Source of the DNA: Macrostomum lignano
Lineage: Eukaryota
DNA length: 64,000 nt
Direction of reading: 5' to 3'
NCBI GenBank assembly: GCA_002269645.1
Contig: NIVC01000103.1
Location: 1-64,000, forward strand
This document shows positions 59,101 through 64,000 of the stretch, one piece after another (within the stretch, counting starts at the first letter, position 1; every line of letters starts with the position of its first letter). The translations under genes and the position numbers were made by a program. The notes under the pieces are model-generated. The model worked only from the letters and a program-made list of their open reading frames with translations. It was not told the DNA's origin and made no database searches.

Positions 59101-61697
59101 GGTAGTTCGCCCTACCACAAAGCACACTTTGAAAGGGGCCTTTCTGTGAATTGCAACTGTCCTAGAAACTGTGACTGTCCTAAGTTTATGCGGGTTGATT
59201 AATGGAACATGTAATGTTTATTAACGACTTTAGTCGGAAGCTCACCCATAGTTTATTCTCAGGGTGCTCGGCCCATTGCCGCACCTCCTGCAATGTAAAA
59301 TTGCATTCTACATCCTGTCGGTTAGCGTTTCCCTCGCCGAAACAATGACCATCCCGACAGCGAGCATCTCCTTGCCGCTTATGTCTTTGGCGTGAGCTTC
59401 TTCGGCTTCAGCTTTGACCAGCTACTGCCTCTTAAAAGCCATGAGCGCCGATGCCTGTTCATCGCTTATAAGGCGCATGCTTTTTGTCCTGCAATTTTCA
59501 ATGCCTTTGTTTAGACTGTGTTTTTTAAAGTTAAATGTGCGAGTGGAGCAATCCAATAAAAATACGAAACAGGACAAGACTTTCTCACCTTTAAAGCAGA
59601 ATAATAGAACTGCTTTCTCTTGTGGTAATAGTTGGTCTATTTTGAGCAAATTGCACGAAAGCTCTCTAAATGGACACGCAGTCCCATTGCGTCGATAGCG
59701 CTGAGTTTATTAATGGCCAGGTAGTCAGCTACTTTTTGAAAGGTACCAACCGTCTCTTTCTGTACGCCAAATGACATCGTAGTTAAGTGCTCCGAGATCT
59801 GTGGAGTTTAAAGGTTAAAAATGCACATTGTTATGTGACATTATACATTAATATTTATACATACAGATCGAACCATTATAATATAAACTGCGATAAAATC
59901 ACTTAAATGAAGTCGTGAGCCCGCGGGTAAGGCTACTGATTTATTATACTACTTTATTCTTAGTGGACTACTGGTTTAGTTGGTAGATTGCTGCCACCAG
60001 GTGCCTGTTATTCCCTAATTTCTAGTAGCTACTTAGATGTTAAAAAATTAAAAACATCCAAGACAATTTTACTTGAAAGATGTAAAACATAATAAAAATA
60101 AAATTGAGTATGAAATAGGTCTTAAAAGTATTATTCCTTAATTTGGTGCAAAATTAGGCATTGACTACCGTTCTGCACTGTTACGGTATAGACTACCGCT
60201 ACCGCTAATACTTTTATGTTTTCCCTATTCTTATTCCCGGTCTTACCCTTTTATTTTTCTTAGTTAGAATTGCTTCTGGGCCGGCTCCCCCGATTCGATT
60301 CGATAGGTAATGGGCAAACAAAAGGCCCTGCGCTTCAGCCCTGAGGGGGCTCTTACGCAATTGATATATTTTGTATTCCTATTGGTGCGATACATAGTAT
60401 TTTAAGTGATCGAGTTTGGAAAAATAAAACAAATTAAATAAATACAGTATTAAAACTAAATAAAACTATAAGAGTCAAATCAATTAAATTTAAACCTTAA
60501 AACAAATGATAGGGTAAAAGGTGAAGACCAAAGAAGAGAGTGGATACGTAAAACTAAAAACAAATAAAAGGTGTAGACAGTATATACAGTGAAGAGATGC
60601 ACAAAGGATTAAATAAAAAATAAAAAATTAAGGTTGTTGATGAATAAAGTTAAAGCTGGACTGTTATTGTCTACTGTGAGTAGATAGAACCTCCCTGTAT
60701 GTATGACACCTATACGAAAACGAAGGTTAAAGTAGGGTGTATTAAAGGAATTAGTAAGTATAAGGGACCCTAACCCAGTGGGCGAGCCCTTTTTATTTAT
60801 CATTCTATTGCCACCAAACTACGCCAGTAGATCCAACTGGACTATCCCATTCCGGTGAGTCTGCCATTGTTTAATTAATGCTACTAGTAACTGACCAGCT
60901 TTACGTAAATCTCAGTTAGGGTGTAAAATGTAGAGCATTGATATAAATATCGAAATTGGAGGATGTAAAGATGGTTAGGAAGTAATACTGACAGGAGGGA
61001 GTTAACGCAGAGTTAATACTGTAAATAGTTTTTTGCTCAGTATCACATATAATCGTAGATCACCCAACCCCAGAGGGAGGTGCTCAAGTTGGTTTTAGTA
61101 TTGACCTGATTATGGTTTTTAATGGAAGTGGAATTATTTAATTAATTGTTTAAGTTTGGTGGTAAATGGGACCCTAAACCCAATTCTGAGCCATTCTTTA
61201 GTATCATTTTTCTGGGCTTCTGGGCCGGCTCCCCCGAACTAACTAACTAAGATAAGTACTTCAGGCGCCTCAGCCAAATTAATAGGCTCTTACGCCACTA
61301 ATGAGAAATTAGGTTCCAGATTGGGAGTGTACTAATGTACTCTGAAAGCCAATTAGACTAAAGAGGACTGTATATTGGGCAAATGACAAATCAAAAATCT
61401 CCCTGGGGGACAGTGGCAGCGGTTCGACGAACCAGTCAGGAATTACCAAGGTGTTATTGTCTGTCTACCAGCTCACTCCTTGGAGTGGCTAGCTACAGCC
61501 TGTTTTCACACCTCTCAACGGTTCTAAGTAAGAAAGACTAGAGTCGTTCTCACTTGTCGTTTTCGAAAGATGGAATAAAGTATCAATTGATCTGAAGCTC
61601 TTTGGGTGAAGAACTATTTATTGTATTCATAAAAATGGTACAAACGCATAGTAACGAAAGGTTTAAAACAAAGTTCAACGCTAGTTAAAATTGTCAG

Positions 61698-62324
61698 TCA
61701 AGCAATGAGCGCAAATTCGGCGTGGTTTTGTCTCGCATAGAGACGCCTAACTGCAGTCACTTCTGTGAAACTTGTCTCTGCCTGGCTGAAAGCTTGTAAT
61801 GAGTGAGTAGGCTGGGTTGGAGGGTAATAGTGGATCGGGAGGGGCTGTGGGTAGCTGTATAGGAAGGCAGGCCTATACCTGTACCAAGGTGCTCTGACGG
61901 TATCCCTCAGGCGCCCTCTGAGCGTACAGCCAGCGACCCTATTAAAGCTGGAGTGTGCCAAAACCAGGACTGAGTCTGAGCAGGACGAGACCGTTGGCAC
62001 GGTCATAATAGAAATGGCGGGTTGGCGAAGCAAAGGGTGAAATAGTCCCGGCGATTAGCCCTCCTGCCGCTTCAAAGATAAGAGACTGTCTGTTGGCAAG
62101 AGTACCCGGGGTTTAGTTGGGGGGGAGGCTCCTTCGGGTTGCCACGGCCGTGGGGGCGGTCTTATGACCGGTGTTTTTGGCCTATCTAACCCAGGAGAAG
62201 GCACGGGCTCCCCTGAATGGTTCACTCTTGTCCCTCTAGCCTCGGGGAGGTTTATGATTTGTACCCGGGGGTGGTGGGCGGTCGGCCCCAGCATGGTAGC
62301 CACGGCTCTAGGCCTTCGGGCCAT
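61698..62324 (-). pseudogene. Possible decayed paralog of the coat-like gene
   Basis: Pro/Arg-rich N-terminal ORF (62324-62055) and a shifted ORF ending ...AEFAL, the same GCCGAATTTGCGCTC end as 62575-63429. The middle is not clearly alignable. Confidence 0.3.
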
Positions 62325-62574
62325 CCCTAATAGGCTTGGGTCCTATCTAACCTGGTTTTTGGGCACGGGCTTCCTGACTGGTATGTCGTTCCGCTGTCAC
62401 TGTCCCCCGGGGAGGTTTGTTTTTTTTGATACAGCCCTGTACAGTCCTCTATAGTCTAACTTGGCTTTTAGTGTACATTAGTACACTCCCTAGTAGGAAA
62501 CTCATTTATGTCTAGTGGCGTAAGAGCCTATTTCAATGGCTGAGGCGCCGGAGCACTTATTTTAGTTTAGTTAG

Positions 62575-63429
62575 TTAGAGCGCAAATTCGGCGAGCCATT
62601 CGTCCATGTCAGGTAGTTGTGGCGAGTGCCAAACCATCGGAGCTTGAACGCGGCGGCGGTCACCGAGACTAGCCATGCCTGCCATGACCATATCGGCCGG
62701 CGTGAACTCCGGGAAACAGGCGTTCGTGGTAACGACCTGCGTATCCGGGGTGGCGATGTCGCCTGCGTGATCGACTACTGTTAAGAGCCAGTAGGCAGTA
62801 CCCTCCGGGATGTTGGTGAGGTAGCCCACGGCAATCCGTCCTGAGTGGACAGCGTCCTCGACAAACCTTGAGAAATGTGCGAGGGTGGGTTGCGGCAGAT
62901 GGTGATCGTTGGCGTCCTGAGCGGCGGGTGGCTGCCAGGGAGCCGGAAAGAAACGCTCGGCACCACTACGCACTGTTCACTTGCCAATAGCGTTACAGAA
63001 ATCAGCAACGCATTTCGGCAAGATGGTGTCGGTTTGATGTGCGACTCTTCCATCTGTCCTGCGACCGGTAACCTTGGAATACACAGCGTGTATTCGGGCG
63101 CAGAGGTAGTAGCGGCAGGCACCAGCGAATTCGTCTTCGGTGCACGACGGGGCTACGTCCTCAGCCGGCCAGAGCTCAGTCACAATGGCTCTGTATAGTT
63201 TTCTCCAAATGTGGTCGAATGGAGCGTGATTCATCACGACCTCGATTCGGTCATTGGAGATGCGAAGGTCCAGCCTTCGGGCAAGCTGGTCGATCCGAGA
63301 TGGCGGCGGGTCACCGCAGTTGCGTCGCGGCGCCGTGCTTGGCGTCGGCTGATGCACTATAGCCGGTGGCCTCGGCGGTCCAGGTCGGCGAGTAGTCTGG
63401 TGGCCAATGGATTGGCTACCTCTGCCCAT
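62575..63429 (-). pseudogene. Putative endogenised partiti-like (dsRNA virus) coat protein gene, 284 codons with one in-frame TGA
   Basis: ORFs 62977-63429 and 62575-62973 share one frame (...CNAIGK*TVRSGAERFFP...). Intronless, with a disordered Pro/Arg N-terminus, then F.GACRYYLCARIHAV...LPKCVADFCNAIG...PEGTAYWLL, recalled as resembling partiti-like CPs (not searched). Confidence 0.45.
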
Positions 63430-63941
63430 ACTACGCTTTCCGGCGCCTGATTGCGACCGTCTATCGCGGTTCGGATCCTGCCTAGGTCGCGCGGACGACG
63501 GGCCGGCCGGCCTATTGGACGACAGTGTACAAAAACTTAATTCTTAGGCTAGACTGTATTAGTACTACAGGCTCCCCCGAACTTCAACTGCTAGATACTT
63601 GTATAGAACTCCCCAACTCCTCGATCTATTCCTGGCATAATTATTTCCCAAGCTAAAACTACTAATAGTAGCGCAAAAGCCTATGTGCCCTAGTACAATA
63701 AAATAGCAAAAAACGCTAATTTTGATACTGAAAAAGTGTAGAACCAGCCAATATTATCAATAGTTTCTCTGGCCGATACAGTCTCTTTTTAAATTAAACT
63801 TATTAATTTGCGGTGGTTTGCAAGTTTGAAATCTTCACCACTGTTTCTATGCTGTAACCTGGGGACTTAGTTACCTCATCGTCACTTTAACCTTACCTGT
63901 TTCATAGACACACATTCTCCCCTAAAAATGCCTTTTTTAAG

Positions 63942-64000
63942 TTCGGCTGGGCCGCGGTCCAAAATTCGCACCTGTCGCTGATACCTCAGCTAGCGGAGAC
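63942..64000 (+). CDS. MFSD12: MFSD12-like exon 2 (partial)
   Basis: Acceptor TTTTTTAAG|; FGWAAVQNSHLSLIPQLAE continues exon 1 (...LFQ|FGWA...) in phase 0. Confidence 0.88.

Noticed and set aside
61215-61442. Known small ribozyme (HDV-like, hammerhead, twister) in the repeated UTR
   Set aside because: GGCCGGC resembles HDV P1, but no nested double pseudoknot, CUGAUGA/GAAA core or twister core could be built by eye.

Overview
Animal genomic DNA with spliceosomal genes and minisatellite-filled introns; the style suggests a flatworm such as Macrostomum, but that is inference only. (1) 1-11056 is the right part of an AT-rich endogenous Polinton/Maverick (adintovirus-like) element. It encodes a membrane protein, a fibre-like protein, an adenain protease, a penton, an A32-like ATPase, a frameshifted major capsid protein, an HNH endonuclease and a PLA2-integrase ORF, and ends at ...ACTACT. 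The PLA2 domain is interrupted by a ~325-nt ORF-less group I self-splicing intron (8689-~9013). P1-P9, including the P3/P7 pseudoknot and G-binding site, can be paired by eye, and a free-standing HNH gene lies just upstream. This is the top finding. The element also carries tandem GC-rich triloop hairpins at gene junctions and a self-inverted terminus. (2) 11.1-51.7 kb holds host genes (peptide GPCR, CAP/GAPR-1-like, HGSNAT, CNK) with many minisatellites and MITEs. (3) 51.3-64 kb is MFSD12 exon 1, a 12.2-kb intron and the start of exon 2. The intron contains a Gypsy relic split by a LINE, and a cluster with a putative partiti-like viral coat gene plus three covarying copies of an RNA stem-loop. 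All calls are by-eye; no searches were run.
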